Shown: positions 24,101 through 33,462 of the stretch, in pieces
How positions within the stretch are numbered: position 1 is the stretch's first letter
Layout: each line of letters opens with the position of its first letter
Origin: Scyliorhinus canicula
Taxonomy: Eukaryota
Direction of reading: 5' to 3'
DNA: 64,000 bases
NCBI RefSeq assembly: GCF_902713615.1
Contig: NC_052158.1
Location: 30,483,990 to 30,547,989 of the forward strand
Notes under the pieces: generated by a model
Seen by the model: the letters and a program-made list of their open reading frames with translations, nothing else
Told to the model about the DNA's origin: nothing
Databases searched by the model: none
Made by a program: the position numbers and the translations under genes

Positions 24101-27100
24101 TTGTAGCCCGGCGCAGGATTCTTTTGCAGTGGAAGGATGTGAGGGCCCTGAGCATGGAATCCTGGATCAATGATATGGCTGGGTTTATCAAACTGGAGAG
24201 GGTCAAGTTTGCCCTAAGGGTGTCGGTGCAAGGGTTCTTCCGGCGGTGGCAACCGTTTCTAGGCTTTCTGGCGGAACATTAGAAGGTGATCAATTTCAGC
24301 AGCAACCGGGTGGGGGACGGGGGCAGCAACCGGGGGGGGGGGGGGGGGGCAGCAACCCGGGGGGGGGCAGCAACTTGGGGGGTGGGGAATGGGCGGGCTT
24401 GTTCTTTTTCCTTTATTGGGTAGGTGTATTTGTTCCAATGTTAATTATTTTTGTTAATTTATTGCTTCTGTTTTGGGGGGGGTTTACTGTTTTTTTCTCT
24501 TTTTCTTCTATTTTTGTTGGTTAAAATTTGTTGAAAATTTGAATAAAAATTATTTTAAAAAAAAAGAAAAGGTAATTAAGGAATATGTAGGTTTCAACTG
24601 GACAGGTGAGGTGTCGAAGGCAGTTGTCTGGGAGGCTCAAAAGGCGGTGGTGAGGGAGGAGATGATTTTGTTTAAGGCCAGGGTAGACAAAGAGGAGAGG
24701 TTGGAGTGGCAGAGGGTAATAGATGAGATGTTAGAGCTGGTTAGGAGTTATGCAGAAGATGGGCACCCTGCAATGCTGGTAAATAAGAAGGAACTACTGG
24801 CGAGCTTTGACCGACTATCTGCCAGGAAGGCAGTGCGCTAACTGAGACGAGCAAGGGGTGCATTTTATGAACATGGAGATAAGGCGGGGTAGATATGTGA
24901 TTGTGACAGGGGTGCTGGAGGGGAGATTAGTGGCGCTGTTAAGTGTATTCGGCCCCAATTGGGATGACGTGGGATTCGCAATGAAGGTGTTTGGGGCCGT
25001 CCCCAACTTGGACACACACAAACTGATAGTGGGGGGGACTGGAACTTGGTGCAGGAGCCAAGGTTGGACAGGTCACGGCTGCGCTCGCTGGTCCCATGTA
25101 TGTTAGCAGTTCAGCTCCAGAGGGAAGCAGCGGCATGGGAAATTGTGCAGGTGAGGGATAGGGCAAGGAGGTTGGTGGTGGCTCCAGATCTGATTAACAA
25201 GGTGTTTGAGGAATTTAATGAGAGGCTGTACAGGTCAGAGCCACCTGAGGGAGACCGGGAGATGCAGGAATGTCTAGAAGGGTTGGAATACCCGAGGTTA
25301 GGGGAGGGGGACAGGGCTACATTTGAAGGAGCAATAGTGAATAGGAGATAAAGGATGCAGTTGGGGAAGGTGGCAGGGCCGGATGGGTTTCCGGTGGAAT
25401 ATTATTAAAAAGTTCAAGGATCAGCTGGTACCCTGATGGTGGGCATGTTTGAAGAGGTGATAGGGAAGGGGGTGTTGCCACAAACTTTGGGGCAGGCATC
25501 GATTTCCTTGTTGCTAAAATAAGACAAGGATCCAACGAATTGTGAGTCGTATAGGCCCATATTGCTTCTGAACGCGACGCAAAAGTATTGGCGAAGGTAC
25601 TGGCGGGTAGGATGGAGGAGTGCCTCCCGAAGGTGATAGGTGAAGATCAGACAATGTTCGTGAGAGGGAGGCAGCTCTTTTCAAACGTTAGAAGGTATTG
25701 AACGTCGTTATGGCATTAGCAGGGGGAAAGGAAAAATAATTGGTTGTGGCATTGGACGCTGAGAAGGCGTTTGTCTGGGTAGAATGGGGGTACTTAATGA
25801 CAGTTCTGGAGTGGTTTGGGGTTGGGCCAAGATTTATGAACTGGGTAAAGCTACTATATAAGGAGCCAAGGGCGAGTGTCCGCACAAACGACATCAGTTC
25901 AAGATACTTTTCTCTCCACCGTGGAACGAGGCAGGGATGTCCTATGTACCCCCTGCTGTTTGCACTCGCGATTGAGCCGTTGGCCATCGCATTAAGAAGT
26001 TCGGGGGTATGGAAAGGAATAGTGTGGGGGGGATAGAGCATAGGGTGTCCTTATATGCCGATGACTTGCTGTGATACGTGTCAGAACAAAATGTGTCGAT
26101 AGGGGGAATATTGCAGTTGCTTTGAGTGTTTGGGTCTTTCTCGGGGTACAGCCTAAATCTAGACAAGAGTGAGTATTTTGTGGTGTCTCGGCCGGGGGTG
26201 GGGGAAGGGGTGGGGGGTTGCTATTCCATAAGGACTCACTTTAGGTACCTGCGGGACTGGTGGGGGGGTGGCTCCGTAGATACAACATTTCTAGTTTGGT
26301 GGGGTGTGAAAGCTGACCTAGCGAGGTGGGATGGTCTCCCTCTGTCACTGGCGGGTCAGATACAGGTGGTTAAAATGAACATTTTGCCGTGATTTCTGTT
26401 TATTTTTCAATGCCTGCCGATTTTCCTGCCAAAGGCTTTTTTCAGAGAGATTGAGGGAAGGATTACGTCATTCATATGGGGAGGGAAGGTGGCCAGTGAG
26501 GAAGGTGCTGCTGCAGAGGGGTAGGCAGGCAGGGGGTTTGGGTCTTCCGAACCTGATGTATTACCACTGGGAGGCGAATGTGGAGAAGGTGCGGAGCTGG
26601 GTCAGAAGGGTTGATTCCCAGTGGGTCAGAATGGGGGAGAGTTTGTGCTGGGGGTCGGGACTGAAAGCACTAGCAACAGCGCCACTCCAGATAGCCCTGG
26701 GGTAATCCTCAGGGAGTCCGATAATAATAGCTTCATTGAGAGTTTGGAGGCAGCTTCACCAATACTTCGGGTTGGGGCAGGGTCAAGGGAAATGCTAATT
26801 TGGGGGAACCACAGATTTGAGCCAGGGAGGTGGGATGGAAATTTCCGGAAATGGGAGAAGGGAATTAAGACACAAAAAGGTTGTTTCTTAGGGGTCGGTT
26901 TGCAGGACTGAAGGAGCTGGAAGCAAAATATGGGCTGGAGCAGGGGGAAATGTTTAGATACAAGCGAGTTCAAGATTTTGCCAGAAAGGAGATACAGGGC
27001 TTCCCAGTGGAGCCGGCCTCCACTTTGCTGCACGAGGTGCTGATGCCAAGGGGACTGGAGAAGAGGGTAGTATCAGCAGTTTACGGGGCTATTTTGGAAG

Positions 27101-30100
27101 AGGAGAAGGCACCACTGGAACGAATCAAAGCAAAGTCTGAGGAAGAGATCGGAGAGGCTATGGAGGAGGAATTCTGGTGTGAGGTGCTCCGGAGAGTGAA
27201 TGCCTCCACCTCGTGCACGAGATTGGGGCTGATACAGCAGAAGGTGGTATACAGAGCACACCTTATGAGGGCGAGGATGAGCCGATTCTATGAAGGAGTG
27301 GAAGATGTGTGTGAACGTTGAGTGGGGGTTGGGGGGGGTGAGGGGGGTGGGAGAGGACGCTAATCACGTTCATATGTGTTGGTCCTGTCCAAAGCTAGAG
27401 GATTACTGGAAGGAGGTTTTTAGGGTAATTTCTAAAGTGGTGCACATAAAATTGGACCCGGGCCCCCAAGAGGCCATATTCGGGGTGTCGGACCAGCCAG
27501 GGTTGGAAACGGGTGCGGAGGCAGATGCTGTAGCCTTCGCCTCGTTGATCGCCCAAAGGCGGATACTGATGGGTTGGCGAGCAACCTCTCCACCCTGTGC
27601 CCTGGCGTGGCAGGGGGACCTGTTGGAATTCTTGACTCTTGAGAAGGTTAAGTTTGAACTGAGGGGAAGGGTGGAGGGGTTCTACAATTCATGGGCATTT
27701 TTCATTATGCACTTTCAACAATTGGATAACCGAACATTAGTTGGGGGGGTGTGGATGGGAGGGTTGGAGAAGGGGGGGGCGGTGTGTGTTAATGGTGACT
27801 ATGGGTGATTCCTGATTCCTTTTTGTCATTTGTTTATATTAACATGCGTGCTAATCTTTGGGGTTTGGTGGGAGGATGGGATCATTGTTATTGATTTGGG
27901 GATTGACATATTTGTTACTGATTATTGTTTATTCTTGGTGGGTATAAATTTTGGAGAAAATGAGAAAAAGGAGGAGAATAAAAAATATTTTTTTTAAAAG
28001 GAACTGCTTCACACAGAGAGGGGATCTCATGTGGAATGTACTGTCTGGAAGTGTGATGGGTGCAGGTTCAATCGAGGCATTCAGGAAGGAAATAGATAAT
28101 TATTTGAATAGGAACAATGTGCAGGGATTACGGGTGGGACATCAGGAGAATGGCACTAAGTCATAATGCTCATTTGCAGACACGGTGGGCCAAATGGTCT
28201 CCTGTGCCATAACAAGTCTGTATTTCTGTGATCATTCAGTTGCCTGATATTGAAGGCTTACCTCTCACCGTGAGCCATGTTCCAGCTCCATATTCTTCGC
28301 CCCGTTGCATGACCATCACTTGGCAGTAATACACCCCGGAATCGTTCACCCTCACATCCCTTATTAAAATGGAGGCGTCTCGGGCATGCAGAAAATCCTC
28401 TTTGGACCTGTAGATCCGTCCTCTGTACTCTTTAGTTTCATTGAAAACCTGAGTGCCATTTCGGCTGTCCTTGAACCATTTGTAAGATCCTATCACCTTG
28501 GTGATGTTCACTGTGAAGTTACAGGGGATGTGCACGTCCTGTCCAGCCTCTGCCAGAATGCTGGGCAGCTTTTGAAGAACGCTGAGCTTATCCGCATTAA
28601 TTCCTGGAAAGAAGAGGGGGGACATTTATTCTACTTTATTGGAAGTGTTGTGGCTAAAGGGGAACCCATGAATGCACTGTACTTTGTTGGGGTGCTCTTT
28701 TAGAGGATCAGTGCAGATTCGATGGACCAAATGGCCTCCTTCTATTGATTCTCTGGATTTTATTGATTCTTCTTATCATGAGGGTCATAAAAGTGAAAAG
28801 AGAGGTGTAAAGAGTCTGGAGGAGCTAAAGCAGAGGGTAAAGCTGCTGAAGCGGAGTGAGTTCAGGTATCTGCAGGTTAGGGACCTTGCACGAAAGCTCT
28901 GGAGGGGATTCCTTAGGTTGCTGAGATACACCCTGCTGGAGCGACTGCTGTTTCCGGCTGTGGAAGGGGAGGGAAGAATTAGAGATATATACAAGTGGCT
29001 GGGGGAGCAGGGAGACGAGCGGGTGGTAAAGATCAAGGAAAAATTTGAAGCGGAATTAGGAGGGGCGATCAATTGGGGAGTATGGAGTGAGGCACTGCGT
29101 AGGGTAAACGGGACCTCCTCTTGTGCAAGGATGAGCCTGATACAGTTTAAGGTGGTGCACAGGGTGTTTATGACTCAGGCAAGAATCAGTGGGTTCTTTC
29201 AGGGGGTAGTAGATCAGTGTGAGAGGTGTGGGCGGGGCCAGCAAATCACACGCACATGTTTTGGGGTTGCGAAAAATTGGAAAGATTCTGGGCCGGGAGT
29301 ATTCACGGTCTTAGCCAGGATAGCAGAAGAGGAGGTGGACCCAGACCCTTTTGGTGGCGATATTTTGGGTTTCAGAGAAGCCGGAGCACATGGAGAGGAG
29401 GAAGGCCGATATCTTGGCCTTCGCCTCTCTGCTTGCATGGCGGCGAATTTTGCTGAAGTGACGGTCGGCATTGCCACCGGGGGTAGTGGCTTGGTTGGGT
29501 GACCTGTACGATTTCCTGTGATTAGATAAGATAAAGTATGAGTTGAGGGGCTCTTCAGGGGGGTTTGAGAACAGGTGTGGGGTGTTTGTGACCGTGTTTA
29601 AGGGCTGTTCGTCGTGGGGGAAGCGGGTGAAAAAGTGGAAAAATCTGGACAGACTGTATAGTTGATTGTTGGGAAGTATGTTTCTCAGAGTGTTTATTCA
29701 CTGTAACCTGTTTTGATACATGTAAACAAATACATTTTTTAAAAAGATTTCCTTTTCTGAAGAGCATGAGTGAACCAGATGGAGGTTTACTACGATTAAG
29801 AACAGATCTGAAGGCCTCCACCATCACTGAGACTGGCCTTACATTCCAGATTGATTTTTCACCCATGTCCATCACAGCATGAGTTTGACCATATAGATTA
29901 CCTGACCAGCAACAATCGCCAGTGCGACACCAATATGCGGGAGGGGGAAATAGAGAGGGAGCAGCAAAAGACGAATTCATGCAGGGAAAAATAAGTGCAG
30001 AATAATGGCATAAATATGTCGCCGGGAGCACATTTTTGGGTTCAGATATTTTGGGTTCAGCCTCAAGACACTTACTCGGGTGAGGAATGAAGTCGACAGA

Positions 30101-30448
30101 TAGGAGACAGAATTTGTAGCAAAGGCTGATGGCAACAGCTTCAGTCTTTGCGATATTGAAGTGGGGCAAATTTCTGCTCACAGAGTACAGCATGTTAGAT
30201 GAATAGCTTGAGAAATCAGCAGTAGCAGGGGAGTGGAGAGGGCTGATGAGTGGTGAGTGACATGTGGTGGAGCAAGAGACACTTTGGACAGCAGGGCAGT
30301 GTTTGGGCATTGAAAACTGGTTTGTTTTCCACTGCCCATTCACTGTTGTCTATTTCTGTGCATTCATCCAAGACAGACTTGTAGCATAAGAAATAATGAA
30401 CTTACCCAAGAAGACAGCCAATATCCAGAGGATGGCACTGATGTTCAT
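32..30448 (-). CDS. Multi-exon IgSF receptor with two NKp30 (NCR3)-like V domains, TM and a tyrosine-motif/ITIM tail; 3'-partial (continues past the left edge)
   Basis: 12 exons with canonical AG/GT ends sum to 1139 nt (379 codons + 2 nt) with no stop when read from the ATG at 30448: MNISAILWILAVFLGINA-V1-V2-EKTKPMRYLPSIILISTGLELVILLLVVFHCLHLRRMN-DVQLSQRQDTVSPEIVCVDDTLDLKLDNIMTPLQGLDTNQEEQPIYTPMESLKTFSNSMGNLMDSQSSLHNSQNETTAIEYVQYATIKLDLLKQSSSLVIVERDDS. Confidence 0.8.
851..885 (-). CDS. Cytoplasmic micro-exon 7 (DSQSSLHNSQNE), 35 nt
   Basis: Acceptor CATTTGTACTTGTAG, donor GAG|GTAAGC; phase 1 to 0. Confidence 0.7.
2716..2753 (-). CDS. Cytoplasmic micro-exon 6 (S-LKTFSNSMGNLM), 38 nt
   Basis: Acceptor TTTTATTCCTCCCCCAG, donor TGG|GTAAGT; only the phase-2 frame is open, and it is the frame the chain requires. 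Confidence 0.7.
2999..3316 (-). mobile_element. HE1-type V-SINE, young full-length copy
   Basis: tRNA-like head GGGCAGCACGGTAGC with A/B boxes, V-domain GGGTTTCCTCCGGGTGCTCCGGTTTCCTCCCACAGTCCAAAGATGTG, CR1-like tail. Confidence 0.92.
3358..3491 (-). mobile_element. Single-arm Penelope pLTR fragment
   Basis: Matches the pLTR end of 34291-34411. Confidence 0.8.
4540..4809 (-). mobile_element. HE1-type V-SINE, 5'-truncated
   Basis: V-domain and CR1-like tail. Confidence 0.88.
5558..5601 (-). CDS. Cytoplasmic micro-exon 5 (DTNQEEQPIYTPME), 44 nt, YxxM motif
   Basis: Modest acceptor TTTGTGTTGAAG, donor AAG|GTAAAT; phase 0 to 2 bridges its two neighbours. Confidence 0.6.
5830..5925. repeat. CA/CAGA-rich microsatellite
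   Basis: ACACACACTCTCAGACACAG.. repeats. Confidence 0.9.
6715..6970 (-). mobile_element. HE1-type V-SINE, older copy
   Basis: Diverged V-domain and head. Confidence 0.8.
7005..7300 (+). mobile_element. V-SINE with an L2-type tail
   Basis: tRNA-like head and V-domain, then TTTTCACAGTAACTTCATTGCAG..GCCTACTTGT tail also seen at about 1495-1570, 53085-53195 and 53668-53853. Confidence 0.75.
7448..7476 (-). CDS. Cytoplasmic micro-exon 4 (DNIMTPLQGL), 29 nt
   Basis: Acceptor CATTTGTTTTGCAG, donor CTC|GTAAGT; phase 1 to 0. Confidence 0.65.
8450..11745 (-). mobile_element. CR1/L2-like LINE fragment with Deu-SINE-type 3' tail, split by the CR1 at 9241-10990
   Basis: Same family as 35510-37874; sequence resumes across the insert (GGGGGATTCAGTGAT..GTAATGCCATTGAAT). 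Confidence 0.8.
9241..10990 (+). mobile_element. 5'-truncated CR1 LINE (RT region) inserted into another LINE
   Basis: KSPGLDGI.PRVLKE, NYRPVRLTSVVGK, VYLDFHK, SGVPQGSVLGP.LF, LVRPHLE..VQFWSP; short tandem tail (CTTATG). Confidence 0.95.
12451..12471 (-). CDS. Cytoplasmic micro-exon 3 (DTLDLKL), 21 nt, frame-neutral
   Basis: Acceptor CTCTGATCTTCTCAG, donor TAG|GTATGA; phase 1-1, so the model also works without it. Confidence 0.45.
13110..13147 (-). CDS. Cytoplasmic micro-exon 2 (QDTVSPEIVCVD), 38 nt
   Basis: Very strong acceptor TTTTTTTTCTATTTTCTTCCTTTGCAG, donor ATG|GTAAGT; phase 2 to 1. Confidence 0.7.
13504..13522 (-). CDS. Cytoplasmic micro-exon 1 (DVQLSQ-R), 19 nt
   Basis: Long pyrimidine tract TTTTCTTTCTTGTCTCCCTGTTCATTAG, donor AAG|GTGAGT; phase 1 to 2. 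Confidence 0.6.
13945..15110 (+). mobile_element. Decayed Tx1-type (L1 clade) LINE 3' fragment
   Basis: Residual EDLLMNLFLG-AKL-INRSRQ and WAPQGL motifs typical of Tx1 ORF2 C-termini; interrupted frames. Confidence 0.55.
15213..15545 (+). mobile_element. HE1-type V-SINE
   Basis: Head, V-domain and GATGGGCCGAATGGCCTCCTTCTGC tail. Confidence 0.85.
17276..17389 (-). CDS. Transmembrane exon
   Basis: Strong acceptor CTTGTTCTCTTCTCTCTGCAG; 114 nt, phase 1-1; hydrophobic YLPSIILISTGLELVILLLVVFHCLHL followed by basic RR; the donor G|GTACAG is weak. Confidence 0.85.
17775..18372. repeat. 45-bp minisatellite, about 13 units
   Basis: Unit GGGGGAAAGGACAGTGTCTGATGCACTGTCCCACCCAGTTCCAGA with variants; 15-aa periodic ORF on the minus strand; internal inverted repeat GGACAGTG-7nt-CACTGTCC. 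Confidence 0.95.
18470..18790 (-). CDS. IgV domain exon 2, NKp30/NCR3-like VJ-type domain
   Basis: Acceptor TTTTCCGAAAATGAATACAG, donor G|GTAAGG, phase 1-1, 321 nt. ALEGQAVFIPC, YKWYK, YKGRI, DSGFYYC, EVRGIGKEYGVGTHLIV. Confidence 0.93.
20420..27999 (+). mobile_element. Near full-length decayed L1 LINE (ORF1, endonuclease, RT), antisense in the intron between the two V exons
   Basis: 5' ACTTCCGGTGG start; ORF1 with coiled coil and LENRSRRHNLR (21091-21980); APE endonuclease LWETHL..GVAV (22500-23400); RT pieces VALDAEKAF, GTRQGCP, LYADD (25500-26100); A-rich end near 27990; many stops and frameshifts. Confidence 0.92.
23422..24565 (+). mobile_element. 5'-truncated L1 of another subfamily nested in the host L1 ORF2
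   Basis: L1 ORF2 C-terminus plus 3' UTR and poly-A; 15-bp TSD GAAAAGGTAATTAAG at 23407-23421 and 24566-24580; the host frame resumes after it. Confidence 0.9.
28262..28603 (-). CDS. IgV domain exon 1, NKp30/NCR3-like VJ-type domain
   Basis: Acceptor CTCTTCTTTCCAG, donor G|GTAAGC, phase 1-1, 342 nt. Has B-strand Cys (VHIPC), C-strand Trp (IGSYKWFKD), YRGRI, DSGVYYC and J-like GAGTWLTV. The pattern closely recalls human NKp30 (FLPCSF, IGSVTWFRD, FRGRL, IRDVR, GNGTRLVV). Confidence 0.93.
28790..29755 (+). mobile_element. 5'-truncated L1 3' fragment
   Basis: FRYLQVRD, WSEALRRVNGTSSCARMSLIQFKVVHR, CERCG..HMFW zinc-knuckle region; G-rich 3' UTR and A-rich tail. Confidence 0.88.
30406..30448 (-). 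CDS. Leader (signal peptide) exon MNISAILWILAVFL-G
   Basis: Acceptor CCATCCCCTGCAG then GAAA-ATG; 14 hydrophobic codons; phase-1 donor G|GTAAGT; joins in frame to GINA-DKLSV of the first V exon. The acceptor upstream of the ATG implies a further non-coding exon. Confidence 0.85.
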
Positions 30449-30924
30449 TTTCCTGCAGGGGATGGAGCAATGAATGACAGAAGATATGAAATTAACACTC
30501 AACGTTCAGAAACGAAAAGCCCATTGCAATTGGAATGATGAAGGTCTTTACGAGTATTGATCAGGGCCCTGGGGTTTCTTTGAGTGCATTTCTGGAAGTG
30601 CATCAATTCCACCGTTGTTCAATTACAGCCAAATATCCACTCCAACTCACAGGATTCACCCGCACTTATATGTGAACATATGAACAAAGGGCAGCAGGCC
30701 ATTCAGCCCATCAAGGCTGCTCCACCATTGATAAGATTGTGGCTGATCTAACAGTAATCTGAAATCTGCGTCCTGCTGAGCCCCAATAACCTATCACCAA
30801 GAATATATCCACCTCTGCCTTAAAAATATTCAAAGACTCAGCTTCTGCCAGCTCTTGAGGAAGAGAGTTGCAGACATGCACAACCCTCAGAGTTAAAATA
30901 ACGCTCTTCATCTTTGTTTCAAAC

Positions 30925-31130
30925 GGGGGCGGCATGGTGGTGCATTGGTTAGCACTGCTGCCTATCGCGCTCAGGACCAGGGTTCAATCCCGGCCTCAGG
31001 TCACTGTCCGTGTGGGGTTAGCACATTCTCCCCGTGTCTGCATGGGTTTCACCCCCACAACCCAAAGATGTTCAGGTTAGGTGGATTAGCCATGCTAAAT
31101 TGCCCCTTAATTGGAAAAAAATAATTGGGT
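30925..31130 (+). mobile_element. HE1-type V-SINE variant inside a CR1 fragment
   Basis: Head and shortened V-domain. Confidence 0.8.
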
Positions 31131-31486
31131 CTTCCAAATGCATTTATTTCTTTAATGTTTGTTTCAAATGTGCGACCCCTTATTTTTGACACAGACCCCC
31201 TATTTCTAGATTCTCCAACAAGAGGAAGCATCCATTCCACATTCACCTGTCAAGACCTGACTGGGTAAATGGTTGTAGTTCAACATAGATCTCTGGGGCC
31301 AAGGAAACTGCTCAACCCAAAGAAGGATAATTCATTTTTGAGTCTTAATATTAAATTTTCAATTTATTGAACCTTAAGCCATGCACAACAGGCAAGGCAG
31401 CTTAAATAACCTGCAATCAAGGAAGCTTTGCAATTTATAATATTGCATGTATGTCATCATCAAAAATGCATTGGAATAAACTACAA

Positions 31487-32119
31487 CAGTGTTTTTCAAA
31501 CGTTTGTTCCAGGGACCCATTTTTACCAACCAGCCAACCTTCGGGACCCAACCCGGCAAACCATGGTGGCCCACGGCAGCCGGCCTTCACGACCCACGCT
31601 GGCCGACCTTCCCGGCTCATTCTGGCCGACCTTTGCGACCCACGCCGGCTGACCTTCCCGGCCCACACCGGCTGACATGCGTGACCCACCATTTCTTCTT
31701 ACCCTGTAATGTTTAGGTGAAATGTGGTGAACCTCCAATTTCTAGAGGATGAAAATATTTTCAGTTTCTGCATTTTTTTCCTGTAAAATGTTATCAAATA
31801 AAAACTCTCCAAAACTTGTTTAAAAAAAAGGCTGCAACCATATTTAAAAATATGCGGCCGCACTGCGCATGCGTGCCCGCTCATCAGTGTGCATGCACAC
31901 TGATAAGCAGGCACGCATGCGCAGTGTGGCCATATTTATTTTATATGTTCGCAGCCATTTTGAAGGCCACTTGCAGCCGCCGTTATTAATAGCCAGCTGC
32001 TGCGGCTGTTGCGTGCAAATTTGTGCGATCGGGAGCTCAGCGACGGATAGCGCCGCAACCCTTCCGACACCCACCCGCTACCCACCCGCAGGCCACGCCC
32101 CCAAGTTTGACAATTCCTG
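31487..32119. mobile_element. Non-autonomous hAT (Charlie-like) DNA transposon / MITE
   Basis: Imperfect TIRs CAGTGTTTTTCAAAC and GTTTGACAATTCCTG; exact 8-bp TSD AACTACAA at 31479-31486 and 32120-32127; internal GACCCACGC.GGC.GACCTT repeats. Confidence 0.85.
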
Positions 32120-33462
32120 AACTACAATACCAGCTTCAGTAAGGACAGGTTTTAGAAGAAAAGCTTAACATGCTAGAAAAAATATATAATCAATTGCATG
32201 CTGATATGGATGCTGATATGGATGATATGGTTCTTTTGCACTTTGGGTAGCTCTGCTGAATGTGACAATTTGAAAGTGGGTTTCAGTTTGGGTGAGATAG
32301 ATCTGCCGTTCTATTGTTCACTTTGCTTGCTAACCCCATATCTCAACTTCCGACGAGAGACATGAAGAGGTTGCAAGTCCATCCTATCATTACATTCACT
32401 CCCTCCACCACTGATGCACAGTAGCCGCCATGTGTACCATCCACAAGTGGCATTGCAGGAACTCACAAAGGCTCCTTAGGTAGCACCTTCCAAACCGAAG
32501 ACCACTGCCATCTGGGACAGCGGGAGCAGATAACTGGGAATAACACCACTTTGAAGTTCCCCTCTAAGTCGCTCACCATCCTGATTTGGAAATATATGAC
32601 GTTCCTTCACTGTGTGAAAATCCTGGAACTCTCTACCGTACAATGTACCTACACCTCAGGGACAGCAGCGGTTCAGGACCGCACCTTCTCGAAGGCAATA
32701 GGGATGGGCAGTAAATGCTGGTCTGGACAGCGACGCCCACATCCCGTACATGATTTTTAAAAAATCTCTATAATATGGTGCCCCGCACGCACTCAGCTCA
32801 GCTCATCCCCAAACTAGCTTTCTGCCCGAATAATCGCTTCTACGCCCCCGAATTACCCTAGACTGTTTTATTCCCTGAACTCTTTATCTTTCAATATGTT
32901 GGAGGTTGATAAGGTTTATTTCACATCAATGGCACAAACTGTTAATTCCAAAATTGCCTCTCCAGGTGGTCCTCCCAGGAGATGTGAGCTAGTTCGCATG
33001 ATGGCTGATGCATCGATGCTCGCTTGCAGGCGCATCCGATTTTTTTTTATAAATAATAAATTTGCACTCATCTCTGGTCTCTGGGCCATCCGATTATGCA
33101 ACTTGTCTGCTTTCTCTCCGCTTCCAGAAATAAATCCGCCTGTTTTGCTTCGTACGTGGTTTGAGTCGGAGACGACACGTTCTATTACGACCCAGCAATG
33201 CGGCCAGCTGAACACACGCTCAAAACCCCATACCCACGACATCGTCTACTGATATCGGCTGCCTCGAGTGAAATGTGACTTTATTTTAAGCAACAGCAAC
33301 AACAAAAATAAACTGCTTCTTTCTTTAACACCAGCTCCCGCCAGCTCGGTCTGAGAATGAGGGCGCTGGTGATATTTCATCAATATACAACCGGGACATT
33401 CAGAAAGACTCCCACAGACAGAAAGATATTTCACTCACATACACAATGACACAGATAATTTC

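Noticed and set aside
29555-30343. 262-aa minus-strand ORF near the leader exon
   Set aside because: Runs antisense through an L1 3' end and other repeat debris; no recognisable domain.
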